A program made the position numbers and the translations under genes. A stretch of 64,000 bases of DNA, taken from Eledone cirrhosa (Eukaryota). The notes under the pieces are model-generated. The model did no database searches, had not been told where the DNA came from, and was given only the letters and a program-made list of their open reading frames with translations. Where the stretch lies: assembly GCA_964016885.1 (NCBI GenBank), contig OZ024747.1, positions 14,446,001 to 14,510,000 of the forward strand, in the 5' to 3' direction. Shown here piece by piece: positions 29,243 through 41,124 of the stretch. Position 1 is the first letter of the stretch, and each line of letters begins with the position of its first letter.

Positions 29243-29353
29243 AGTATTCTGATGGTTTGATCGAACATGGACTGTAATTAAGGTCGGGTGACGTAACTTC
29301 TAACGATCACCGGCTTTTAGACAGACTTGATTAATGAAACAATTGTTAATACT
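29243..29353 (+). ncRNA. Hammerhead motif with long stem II (partly decayed)
   Basis: AGTATT-CTGATGG-T-TTGATCGA...TTGATTAA-T-GAAAC-AATT-GTT|AATACT; 6-bp stem I, then AATAAA; between (TA)n tracts. Confidence 0.72.
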
Positions 29354-29492
29354 GTAAATAAACACTTTTGTACAGCCGATCATGTTATTCCTCATTCTTT
29401 TACTATATATATATATATATATAATTTCTTGATGATTTCCTTCGAATGAAACAGTTCTAGTCCTGTAGAAGCCATTTCTATATTAAATATTG

Positions 29493-29550
<58 letters not shown>

Positions 29551-29551
<1 letters not shown>

Positions 29552-29903
29552 AAAGTTATATTTAAATTGTTGGGTTACAACTAGTAAATATTTATAACTG
29601 ATATAAAAGCACTCGACAAATATTTGGAGTATATTTACAATATTAAATAAATGGAAACTATATTTATAAAACCATATTTATTTCATTATATATATTTCAG
29701 GGATATCATATTAACAATACTACCAAATCAACCTTTTCAAATGCAAGTCGATGTTGTTACGGTATGTCGAATCTATTTATCTATAAAACTGTTTATATTG
29801 TATTTTGTCTGAGGAAGGCATAGCATATTGTTAATATGATATCCCTGAAATATATATAATGAAATAAATATGGTTTTATAAATATAGTTTCCATTTATTT
29901 AAT

Positions 29904-29908
<5 letters not shown>
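29551..29908. mobile_element. Family B inverted insert in (TA)n; hammerhead at 29803-29864 (+)
   Basis: Minus arm 29551-29718 and plus arm containing TTTTGT-CTGAGGA-AGG..CCT-GAAA-TATATATA|ATGAAA. Confidence 0.85.
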
Positions 29909-29946
<38 letters not shown>

Positions 29947-30531
29947 TCCACCCTAATATATAGATGAATTGATAAAGATAAATGTACATAGAAAATAAGG
30001 AAATGCAAAATTGGGAGAAAAGAAGAGAGGGAAAACGAAAGAAAATGAAGGAAATGAAATAAAGCGGTAAAGAGAGAAAGAAAATCTGAAATAAAATCAG
30101 TCTCTAGTAGGCTGAATTTGAATCATGTGATAATAGCCAGAAGGCTATGATGCGTGATTGTGAATCAACAACATAGCTACTCCGATAGGCTTCCTTCGGA
30201 GTCTCTCTTATCTGTTGTAAATGTTGCTTATTCACGTAAAACGGCTATTAATCTAGAATGTACAACAGTTGCATTTACTTTCCTTCACAAAAATCTCCAC
30301 CTAAATATACATTAGACTTATTGCGTTCATTGTTCGCCAGTATCGAGTAATAAAATATTTGTGTTTATGGACTAAGCGTTTCGATATGTATGCATAAAAG
30401 GAGGCTTACTTTTCCTACATTGAGATTAGTGCAATTAGTTGCACCTGGACGGGCTATATGTGAATAGTTAGCTCTGTCCATAATAAAAAAAAAGTAATCT
30501 CTCTCACTCTTTATATATCTACACCCTCTCT

Positions 30532-30636
<105 letters not shown>

Positions 30637-30643
30637 ATATATG

Positions 30644-30741
<98 letters not shown>

Positions 30742-30924
30742 ACTGAAGGGTAAGAAATTGTCTAGACAAATGTATGCACACTATGCGTGTTTGTACGATT
30801 GTATAGGCGCAATGTCGTAAGAAGATCTGAGAGTAAAGTTGTTATAAGATCGATTGTTATGATCCAAATATATATATGAGTTTTTGGCTTGTATTGGCCG
30901 ATAGTGCTTCTTATAGCTTTAATT

Positions 30925-30962
30925 GCCCTGATGAGTCCTTAATAGGACAAAACATTGTTGGC
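30925..30962 (+). ncRNA. Compact hammerhead motif, decayed (G12A)
   Basis: GCC-CTGATGA-GTCCT-TAAT-AGGAC-AAAAC-ATT-GTT|GGC, then AATAAA and (TA)n. Confidence 0.7.
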
Positions 30963-31032
30963 TAATAAAGACTTTTGATGTATTGAAGGCTTCTTTGGTT
31001 TATTTTCATAATATATATATATATATATATAT

Positions 31033-31076
31033 AACGAAGGAAATATGGTAAGGAACCAGGTGGACCATAATAAGGC

Positions 31077-31107
<31 letters not shown>

Positions 31108-31157
31108 GAATTAGGCGTCGAAACGGCTTGACCTCAGCCGTCGGGGTCCTACTCGTT

Positions 31158-31161
<4 letters not shown>
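31033..31161. mobile_element. Family A truncated inverted insert with poly(T) junction
   Basis: aacgaaggaaatatggtaaggaaccaggtggaccataa, then T~22, then agtccagaattaggcgtcgaaacggc...gttccta. Confidence 0.8.
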
Positions 31162-31199
<38 letters not shown>

Positions 31200-31432
31200 T
31201 TAGAAACACACAGATACATGCGGACACACACATATATACATGAATGCATCCGCACCCAACTGTGAGTTAAGGGTGCCAACTTCACCGATGTTGCTCAATG
31301 AATAACCGGGACAGACCAATTCAGTAGAACTAGACTGAACCAGTATCAGAGTTAAAAATACATTATGAAGAGAGAAGAAACATTTAGATATAATTAGTAA
31401 TAAAATGTATCATACCTAAACTGCTCCTAAAT

Positions 31433-31522
31433 TCCTCGACTACGTAGTTTCGTGGCATAAACAAAAACAATATATCATAAAGATATAGAGTCCCTGCGAG
31501 GTCTGCCGACTTATCAAGAGGA
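31433..31522 (-). ncRNA. Type I hammerhead with U3-A8 core (family D)
   Basis: Reverse complement of 32561-32650. Confidence 0.85.
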
Positions 31523-32560
31523 TACCTCATTTTACTAGTCTCAAGAACGCGTCTACACGACGTGAGAAAGAATCCCAAAAGGCGGAGGGGGAGATAGTCA
31601 CGCGATATAACGGTAGAGAAACAGAGCTAAGCCTCTTATAACCACGAAGAAAATACCACAGAGGCGGAGGGGGTATTCATATCGAGGCCGCAGAAGAGGT
31701 GGTGAAGAAGGCTAGAAGTATGAGTAATGGAAGCTTTCCAGTTGTCCCCACACCTCAAAGATTACTCGACCAGAGGGAGTTATTAACAATATATTTAGAA
31801 ACACACAGATATATGCGGACACACACATATATACATGAATGCATCCGCACCCAACTGTGAGTTAAGGGTGCCAACTTCACCGATGTTGCTCAATGAATAA
31901 CCGGGACAGACCAATTCAGTTGAACTAGACTGAACCAGTATCAGAGTTAAAAATACATTATGAAGAGAGAAGAAACATTTAGATATAATTAGTAATAAAA
32001 TGTATCATACCTAAACTGCTCCTAAATTCCTCGACTACGTAGTTTCGTGGCATAAACAAAATTTATTGGCATAAATTTCGTGGCATAAACATAATTATAT
32101 CTAAATGTTTCTTCTCTCTTCATAATGTATTTTTAACTCTGATACTGGTTCAGTCTAGTTCAACTGAATTGGTCTGTCCCGGTTATTCATTGAGCAACAT
32201 CGGTGAAGTTGGCACCCTTAACTCACAGTTGGGTGCGGATGCATTCATGTATATATGTGTGTGTCCGCATGTATCTGTGTGTTTCTAAATATATTGTTAA
32301 TAACTCCCTCTGGTCGAGCAATCTTTGAGGTGTGGGGACAACTGGAAAGCTTCCATTACTCATACTTCTAGCCTTCTTCACCACCTCTTCTGCGGCCTCG
32401 ATATGAATACCCCCTCCGCCTCTGTGGTATTTTCTTCGTGGTTATAAGAGGCTTAGCTCTGTTTCTCGACCGTTATATCGCGTGACTATCTCCCCCTCCG
32501 CCTTTTGGGATTCTTTCTCACGTCGTGTAGACGCGTTCTTGAGACTAGTAAAATGAGGTA

Positions 32561-32650
32561 TCCTCTTGATAAGTCGGCAGACCTCGCAGGGACTCTATAT
32601 CTTTATGATATATTGTTTTTGTTTATGCCACGAAACTACGTAGTCGAGGA
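32561..32650 (+). ncRNA. Type I hammerhead with U3-A8 core (family D)
   Basis: TCCTC-TTGATAA-GT-C-GGCA...TGCC-AC-GAAA-CT-ACGT-AG-TC|GAGGA; 5-bp stem I, palindromic stem III ACTACGTAGT, GUC site after 32645. Confidence 0.87.
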
Positions 32651-32927
32651 ATTTAGGAGCAGTTTAGGTATGATACATTGTATTACTAATTATATCTAAA
32701 TGTTTCTTCTCTCTTCATAATGTATATATATATATATATAGATGCATTGCCAAAGATAATTCGCATATCAAGTCAAATACGATATTATGTGGACTCCCTT
32801 CCTCGGGGCAAAGGCGGGTGCTTTTTGTCCCCTTATCGACAAAAATATTAACAAAATAACAATTTAAACAAGTTAATTCCACAAGCCTATTATAGCTCAT
32901 AATCGAACATGTTACACTTAAGTCGCC

Positions 32928-33344
32928 AATAATAATTGTTTCTATTTTTGGCACAAGGCCAGCAATTACCCAATACATTACTGGTACTTTATTTTGTCGA
33001 TCCCGTAAGGATGAAAGGCAAAGTTAACCTCGGCGGGATTTGAACCCAGAACGTAAAGGGCCATAACTCTATGCCTCACAGGATGTTGTGCGACGCTCTG
33101 CCGATACTGCCAATCCACCGCCCTTAATTGTTTCTACATTAGGCACAAGGCCAGCAATTTTGGGCAAGAGGAAAGTCGCTTAAATCGACCCCAGTGCATT
33201 ACTGGTACTTTATGTTGTCGACCCTGTAAGGATGAAAGGCAAAACTAACCTCGGCGGGATTTGAACTCATAATGTAAACGGCCGTAAATCTATGACTCAA
33301 AGAATGTTGTCCGACGCTCTACTGATTCTGCCAATCCATCGCCC
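32928..33344 (-). mobile_element. Two head-to-tail tRNA-derived SINE family 1 copies
   Basis: 32928-33123 and 33126-33344; reverse complement starts gggcggtggattggcag..tcgg.agagcgtc (A box), then gttcaaatcc (B box). Confidence 0.9.
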
Positions 33345-33749
33345 TCCTAATAATATAGTGGAAACCTCAAGATTGTTTTAGGGGTAATGTAACACTGATA
33401 ACAGTAATGGTCGGCGCATTAGTGTCAATCTCAAAAGTTAAAACGTTAGTAATACTATGCAAGATTGGTGGCATACAAAAATCCGCTTCGCCAGGTTCTC
33501 TGCAGATTTAAGGAAAGGACCTCGTTGTGATTTGACATATGACTAAATTCTCCGGTGCACTAAACATTAACTGTGCGTGGCAAAGTAATAATTGTTTCTA
33601 CTTTAGGCACAAGGCCAGCACTTACCCAGTGCATTACTGGTACTTTATTTTATCGACCTCGTAAGGATGAAAGGCAAAGAAGCATATATATATATATTTA
33701 CATGCACAAACACACACGTGTTATGGCCCTTTACGTTCTGTTTGTATGT

Positions 33750-33905
33750 ATCTCGGGTTCAACTGGGGATAACCACAGTAAGTAAGTTACTCAATAAATA
33801 GCAGAGCATAAATATTTAATATAGAAATAGCTTCTACAGGACTAGAACTGTTTCTTGATTATTTCCTTCGAATGAAACAGTTCTAGTCCTGTAGAAGCCA
33901 TTTCA
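33750..33905. mobile_element. Family C inverted insert
   Basis: cttctacaggactagaactgtttc...gaaacagttctagtcctgtagaag palindrome; homologous to 25841-26066. Confidence 0.78.
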
Positions 33906-35209
33906 TATATATCTATATGTATGTATTTGAAAGGAAAAGAATGACTTCCCTTGTAGTTCTAAATAATTTGATTTAATTTTATAATATTATAATATTATAA
34001 TAATATGAGTTGGTAGATATATATATATATGTATATATATATAACGAAGGAGTTGCGGTAAGGAACCAGATGGACCATAACGCACTAGAGTACTCAATAC
34101 TTAGGGTAGTATATATATATATTGTATGTATAAAGAGATACAGACATAGGTAGACCTCTCTAAATGTGTGATTTCATGATTATATGTTTTAATATAAAAA
34201 TCGTTAATATAGTAATTTTCCACTGGTTCATTTACTGTAAGTTATGAAAGCTGTTAGTTCATATAAGATTGGCAGAGTTTCATATCAATCTCAATATAGG
34301 AACGAATGTATTACATAAATGAATTGTAAAGGAAATACAAATTCAGTGAATAGAAAGGGAATATAAGTTAATTTAAGTTCAGGAACATCATGTAACCCGT
34401 TTGAAGTTAAATTATTATTAATTTTTATAATCAATTCTTGATCTTGGAAAATGTTTTACACAGTCAGTCTCTTGGTTCCCTTATTAAAGACGATTTTCCG
34501 CAATGTTTTTGTAATTTATTTGTCTCATCGGAGACCTTAAAGGGTAAAATGCAAAGTTGTCTTAGTGAGATTTAAACACAGAGCGTTTAAATCCCATTCT
34601 AAGAAAACATTTTAAATTTTTAAATAAAAATAAGATGCTTGTCTAAATCTCGCTGAATTAATGATTATTTTCAAAATTAATTGAAACATATACGCATTAT
34701 ATTGAACTAAATATATATTGTCATGATATAGTTAAACAAATACTCTGAATTGAAAATTTACGTATAATATATTCTTGTCCGTATTCAAATTTGAAAGGAA
34801 TTTCTTTCGTATTGAAAATAATTGATGGTTTGTGAAATCAATTACGATATGATAAAATCACCACAAATATGCTATTTTATTTAAATTGATATCAATTGTT
34901 TTCTGGAGAAGGGTTTACTATCAAATCAGAGGCAGTGTGTAAGGACATATATTTAACTATTATGGACATTGTCAAATGTGATATATTTGTATGTGTGATA
35001 GTAACATATTTAATAACAGAACATAACTGATATTAATATATATCACTTGATAGATTTGTTAACTGTAATCAAATATAATAATGTCCATTTATATTGCATT
35101 CGAGGTTTCTACATATATGTAAAGAGACAAGCGTGTGCGTGTGTATACGTGCTACATACGCAAGCAAATATCTATTTTTCCATACATACATACATACACA
35201 CACACACAG

Positions 35210-35248
<39 letters not shown>

Positions 35249-35344
35249 AGAGAGAGAGAGAGAAAGAAAGAAAGAGGTGTGTTAAATCATAAGGGCTAGA
35301 GTACCTCCAGAGTGAGAAACATAATTTTATATATATATATATAT

Positions 35345-35537
35345 GGGAAAAAGTATGACCCCGACGCCAGAGCTCAAGCCGTTTCGACGGCTATTTCTGG
35401 AGTCCAGAAATAGCCGTCGAAACGCTTTGAGCTCTGCCGTCGGGGTCATACTTTTTCCTATTTCCCACTCTACTACCCTAAGTATTGAGTACTCTGGTTC
35501 GTTATGGTCCATCTGTTTCCTTACCACATTTCATTCG

Positions 35538-35539
<2 letters not shown>
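35345..35539. mobile_element. Family A inverted insert in (TA)n
   Basis: Palindrome centred on ctgga|gtccag, with long plus arm. Confidence 0.88.
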
Positions 35540-35580
<41 letters not shown>

Positions 35581-35887
35581 AAAGTTTTATTTAAAATTGT
35601 TGGGTTACAACGAGTAAATATTTTATAACTGATATAAAAGCACTCAACAGTTTCTGGAGTAGGTTTACGATATTAAACAAATGGAAACTATATTTATAAA
35701 ACCATATTTATTTCGTTATATATATTTCTGGGATATCATATTAAAAATATGGTATGCCTTCCTCAGACAAAATACAATACATAAGCTGTCTGAGGAAGGC
35801 ATACCATATTTTTAATATGATATCCCAGAAATATATATAACGAAATAAATATGGTTTTATAAATATAGTTTCCATTTGTTTAATATC

Positions 35888-35890
<3 letters not shown>
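35581..35890. mobile_element. Family B inverted insert; hammerheads on both arms (35711-35772 minus, ~35787-35845 plus)
   Basis: Both arms carry CTGAGGA-AGG..CCA-GAAA-TATATATA|ACGAAA. Confidence 0.85.
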
Positions 35891-35951
<61 letters not shown>

Positions 35952-36063
35952 CTATTAGAAGCTTTAAGTTACATTTAATGTAGAGTTATCTTGCATTTGA
36001 ATTGGAACAGAATGCGAAATGAAGGAAGTGTAAACATCCTCCACCCCCTCCTCCTCTTCTTCT

Positions 36064-36116
<53 letters not shown>

Positions 36117-36333
36117 TCCTTCTATTTTCTTTTCTTGTTTCACCGTACTAAATAACATACGTTAATGATATACTTTTCAATACTTGCATTTTTATATTAG
36201 TGTGCTCTCAAATCATGGGATATATCTAATATCTACGCTATGTAATATCTGATTGTTCCCTGTCAATACATTATAATAAATGAATATTAGTTCGGTAGGA
36301 AACAAAGGAAATACACACACACACACACACACA

Positions 36334-36501
<168 letters not shown>

Positions 36502-37819
36502 CATATATATAACATATATAAATGCATATACTGAATCTATATGCCATATAACTTATCCAGGGATTGGGTTTGATCGATGTCATTTTTGTAAGATGGATTT
36601 CAATAGAGAGTATTTAGCTTAAATTGCTAAAATGTACTTAATTTTTCCTATTTCATTATCCTCTATGTCTATGTTTAATAAAAGAAATCACAAATGACTG
36701 ACCAAAAGAATGTGAATTTTTATAAAAATGAACTGAAATGTTTTGGGTGCGATTTTGAGATCACAAAAATAGATGAATTCTGTGATGAATAGATGAATTT
36801 CTTAATATCTTTTTTTGTTGAAAAGAAATCGACCGAACAATACTATTCTTATTTCGTACAGAAGTCAATGGGATGAATGAACCCATTAATGGATATGTCT
36901 CAATTTTAAAAGTTAATCAGATGACTCTATATTTACACATACTAGTGTTTCGAATGAATAATTTAATTATTACATTTAAGGTTGTATGGGATAAAATACC
37001 CAGCGATATTTGGTATGGATTTTATGTCCAGATTTCAATTTCTACTGAGGTTAACTTTACCTTTAATCACTTAACCTCGGTTAGAATAAAGCAACAACCA
37101 AGTACTGCTGCTCCTTGCTAGAATGTTAGAGGGAGCATTAAATCTTCACCGAAAATGTGTTTCCATTCGACATATGAAATGAAGCACACATGGTAGTAAA
37201 AGACTGTGATATCAATATTATCTCTGTAATACCTTTGGTTATTGTCAACGCAACACACACTGATACAAAACCTACTATTCACACATTATATAGTGGTACT
37301 AGTGACGTCATATGTGTTGTCCATGCTCTAACGATTCCCTGCATTTGGGCTGATATTTCCTTTATTGACCCTCAAAAGCTAAGAAGTTAAGTTTCTCTCA
37401 ATAGGGCCGGAACAAACGACGTAGGTCATTCTACCCGACACTCTTACAACATTGCAAATTCGCCACCTTTAAATGATATATTGTAGATTTTAAGGATTGA
37501 CAAGCTCATTACTATGTAAACGATTCGACCTTTATAAGTACTAAAAATATATGGTTATAGTTGAAGTAGTGCATGAATAGTAAGCATCGTTTTCTGATGT
37601 TAGTTCCAGATGGAAAGAGTCCATTATCTTGTTATATTTAATTTTATGTCATATAAGCAAGAAATTCTTTGTTTAAGATCATGATTGTTCTATGTTGTTT
37701 TCACACCCCCTTAAAATATATCTCTTGATATGCTAACATAGGTGTTTCTATGCCCTGCAACTAATAGAACCAATTAATAGAACTAAATTGACAACTACAA
37801 TCTTCCCATATAAGAAAGT

Positions 37820-37916
37820 ACCCCCTTGACAAGTTCGGCTATTTATTCACCAGGCTAAAAATTCTAATTTAGTCCAGAAATAGCCGTCGAAACGGCTTGA
37901 GCTCTGCCGTCGGGGT
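37820..37916 (+). ncRNA. Complete type I hammerhead with U3-A8 core (family A)
   Basis: CCCC-TTGACAA-G-TT-CGGCTATTT...AAATAGCCG-T-C-GAAA-CGGC-TTGAGCTCT-GCCG-TC|GGGG; GUC site after 37911. Confidence 0.87.
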
Positions 37917-37928
37917 CATACTTTTTCC

Positions 37929-38023
<95 letters not shown>

Positions 38024-38224
38024 CAGTAGCGTAGTAGTAGAGCACTCAGTCCATGGATGAGTTTGGTAGAAGTAGTTCCGCAACAGTTAGTTCACCATAC
38101 CGAGAACAAAAGTTTCAGTGGATATTCAGTTCGGTCAGAGTGGAGTTGTACGGAATATATATTATATATATATTATATATATATATTATATATATAATAT
38201 ATATATATATTATATATATATATG

Positions 38225-38267
<43 letters not shown>

Positions 38268-38271
<4 letters not shown>

Positions 38272-38772
38272 AAAATGTATGACCTCGACGGCAGAGCTCA
38301 AGCCGTGTCGACGGCTATTTCTGGACTAAATTAGAATTTTTAGCGTGGTAAATAAATAGCCGAACTTTTCAAGGGGTACTTACTTATATGGGAAGATTGT
38401 AGTTGTCAAGAGGAATGGTCACAATTTCTTGTAAACACAATTAAGTCTATCATGGCAGTGGGTGGGAGGTGAGGCTGGCTGAACTTGCCTGTAGGAATGG
38501 GTGGAGCCGGTCAAGCGTTGAAAGTGAAATCTATACAGCAAATTCTAAAAATGACAACTAGAATCTTCCCATATATGGAATTACCCCTTGAAAAGTTCGG
38601 CTATTTATTTACCACGCTAAAAATTCTAATTTAGTCCAGAAATAGCTGTCGACACGGCTTGAGCTCTACCGTCGGTGCCATACATTTTCCTATTACCCAC
38701 TCTACTACCCTAGGGTATTGAGTACTCTGGTGCGTTATGGTCCATCTGGTTCCTTACCACAACTCCTTCGTT
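38268..38772. mobile_element. Longest family A inverted insert; both arms contain the whole hammerhead (TTGAAAA core, GAAA changed to GACA)
   Basis: 38268-38409 is the reverse complement of ~38552-38692; plus arm ends ctccttcgtt|(AT)n. Confidence 0.88.
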
Positions 38773-39221
38773 ATATATATATATATATATATATTATATA
38801 CAATAAAATTATATATATATATATATAATTTGATTGTCATGGCTTAAATGGTATTTTTGTAAATTGAGACAGATTTTAAACGACAACCCCCTCCTCGCAA
38901 AAAGCAACAAGTTCAACAAAAGCAACAAGTTCTTTGAGAATCAAAATTATTCATTAAGTATATGGTTGTTCTATGATAAATGAGATAAGTTATTGTCTGT
39001 AGGTGAAACAAAGCAATTAATCTATTAGCACAAACAAATAAACACTACTAAATAGAATTTAAGTTTATATGAAAGATATAATTAACCGAGTAATCAATCA
39101 TTATATTACACTAATTGAAATGTGGATTTCCAGGAGGTTTTTTCTGGTGTATAAAACGTGTGAATGTCAAGCCTGTATGTGTGTGTATTTCATTAAGGAT
39201 ATTAGCATTTACGTATCTAAT

Positions 39222-39425
39222 GGGTGGTGGGTTGGCAGAATTGGTAAAGCGCCAAATAAAATCCAATTGCGTCATTTGTTCTGGGTTTTCTATTTTGAGT
39301 TTGAATCCCGATGAGGTCAACTTTGCCTTTTACCTTTCAGGGTTCGATAAAATATGGTACTGGGATTGATTTAATCAACCTTGTCCAACACTCAGATTTG
39401 CTGGCCTTGTACCTAAATTAGAAAT
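39222..39425 (+). mobile_element. tRNA-derived SINE family 1 copy
   Basis: gggtggtgggttggcagaattggtaaagcg...gagtttgaatccc..gaggtcaactttgcctttt...ggccttgtacctaaattagaaa. Confidence 0.85.
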
Positions 39426-39620
39426 CGATATATTTCTATGAATGAAAAGGAAAAAAAAACCCACTATGTTTTAGACTTGAGAATGATAGGAACTTACGCC
39501 GACATATTGATTTTGTTGTATATTAAATTCAATATAACAATGTTTATTCCGTACAAAATTGATCTCTACACGAATGAGCGTAAATAGGATATGAACAAGT
39601 CCCCTATTGATGTCCGGTGC

Positions 39621-40013
39621 AATAATAATTGTTTCTACTATGGGTACAAGACCAGCACTTTGAAGAGAAGGGGAAAGTCGACTCAATCGACCCTAGTGCA
39701 TTACTGGTACTTTATGTCATCGACCCCGTAAGTAAAGTTAACCTCGGCGGAAATTTGAACTCAGAACGTAAAGAGCCTTAACTCTATGCGTTAATAATGA
39801 TTTCTAGTATAGGCACAAGGCCAGTAATTTGGAGGGACTGGAAGTCGATTAAATAGACCCCAGTACATTACATGTGCTTTATTTCATCGACCCCGTAAGG
39901 ATGAAAGGCAAAGTTAACCTCAGTGGGGTTTTAACTCAGACCGTAAAGGGCCGTAACTCTATGCTGCAAAGCATGGTGTCCGACTCTCTACCGATACTGC
40001 CAATTCACCGCCC
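39621..40013 (-). mobile_element. Two tandem tRNA-derived SINE family 1 copies
   Basis: 39621-39790 (partial) and 39793-40013 (full length). Confidence 0.9.
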
Positions 40014-40497
40014 TTCTATGCGTTAATAATGGAAATAAATGATTGAAACAGTTAAGTAAAGCACAGATGAAATTTGAACTGATACCAGCCTTCAAATAAA
40101 ACTAGTCGCAATTTTACTAAGGCACTAAGGAGCGAAACAAAATTACGTTTAAGATGTGACAGTCGCACCCTTGGCGGGTCCAACACCCGCATTGAAAGAT
40201 TTCGAATTAGCATCATTTCTCCGAACACAAGTACTAGGGCAATCGTATAGAGACTTTATGACAGCAAGAAGCTGTCTATCAATCCGATACATGAATTCAA
40301 TTATCTATAAATAAATTCCTGACTATCTCAGTAAAGATTTATCAGTGCCGTTTACTATTATCTGATCAATCATGAGGCCAGTGGGGAATAATTGTCTCTT
40401 AAATGCCTAAATAATCAGAAAGTTTCATACATCGTTCAGAATTACGATAGACTTTGTTGAACATGTTTAGATGGAGTAAACAATATTTTATATAATA

Positions 40498-41122
40498 CTA
40501 TCAGTGGTACCCGGCATTGCACGGGATAGGGTATTGTGTGAAATATATAACCGCCTTAGCTAAGCTTAGTATTGCCACAACCACGGCTGGCAAAGAAGTA
40601 ACGGCCTGGTGGTACGTAAGTAAGCAAAACGTGAGGAAGAAGTTGTGTGCACTTACCAACTGTTTGGGGAATGAGTGAGATTTGTCTTGAGCAAGGGTGG
40701 AAAATAACCGGAGGCAGCAGACATCCAGACATACAGACAGATATTATAAGGGCGCGTTCTGGACGCAGAGCCAATTGTAGGAAGTGACGTAATGCAGACA
40801 GCCAGACATACAGACAGATATTATAAGGCCGTGACGTTATATGTATGCATCTATCTAAAAAAAGAAACACAAGAAACAAGAATTATAGAGAGAGATCGCT
40901 AAATCGCCTAATGCGGTCACTAGGGCATTGAACTGAGAGATCGCTAAATCGCCTAGTGCGGTCCCTAGGCCATTGAAAATTTGAATTTCTTTTGGCTCAG
41001 AACACTCCTAAAACATAAGTATTATATGAGTAAAGTTTGAAAACAGTCAGTTGGGTGTTTCTCTAGTTTTAGGGATTCAAACTCACATACACACAGACAG
41101 ACATCCTCAGTTTTATATATAT
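40498..41122 (-). mobile_element. Non-autonomous Helitron-like element 1
   Basis: Minus 5' end atatataaaactgaggatgtctgtctg; 3' end hairpin CCCG-tgcaatgc-CGGG followed by ATAG|T (CTAG variant); internal 26-bp and ~43-bp duplications. Confidence 0.65.
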
Positions 41123-41124
41123 AA

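Larger units (their letters stand above)
31194..32724. mobile_element. Family D: 595-bp non-coding hammerhead-bearing unit in tandem and inverted copies (retrozyme/PLE-like)
   Basis: Minus arm 31194-32060 is ~1.45 units (period 595). Plus arm 32092-32724 is ~1.06 units with a terminal direct repeat. Arms are near-identical; (TA)n on both outer sides. Confidence 0.9.

Noticed and set aside
31384-31578. 64-aa ORF repeated at 32505-32699
   Set aside because: Starts at TTG, has no recognisable motif, and is duplicated only because the family D unit is.
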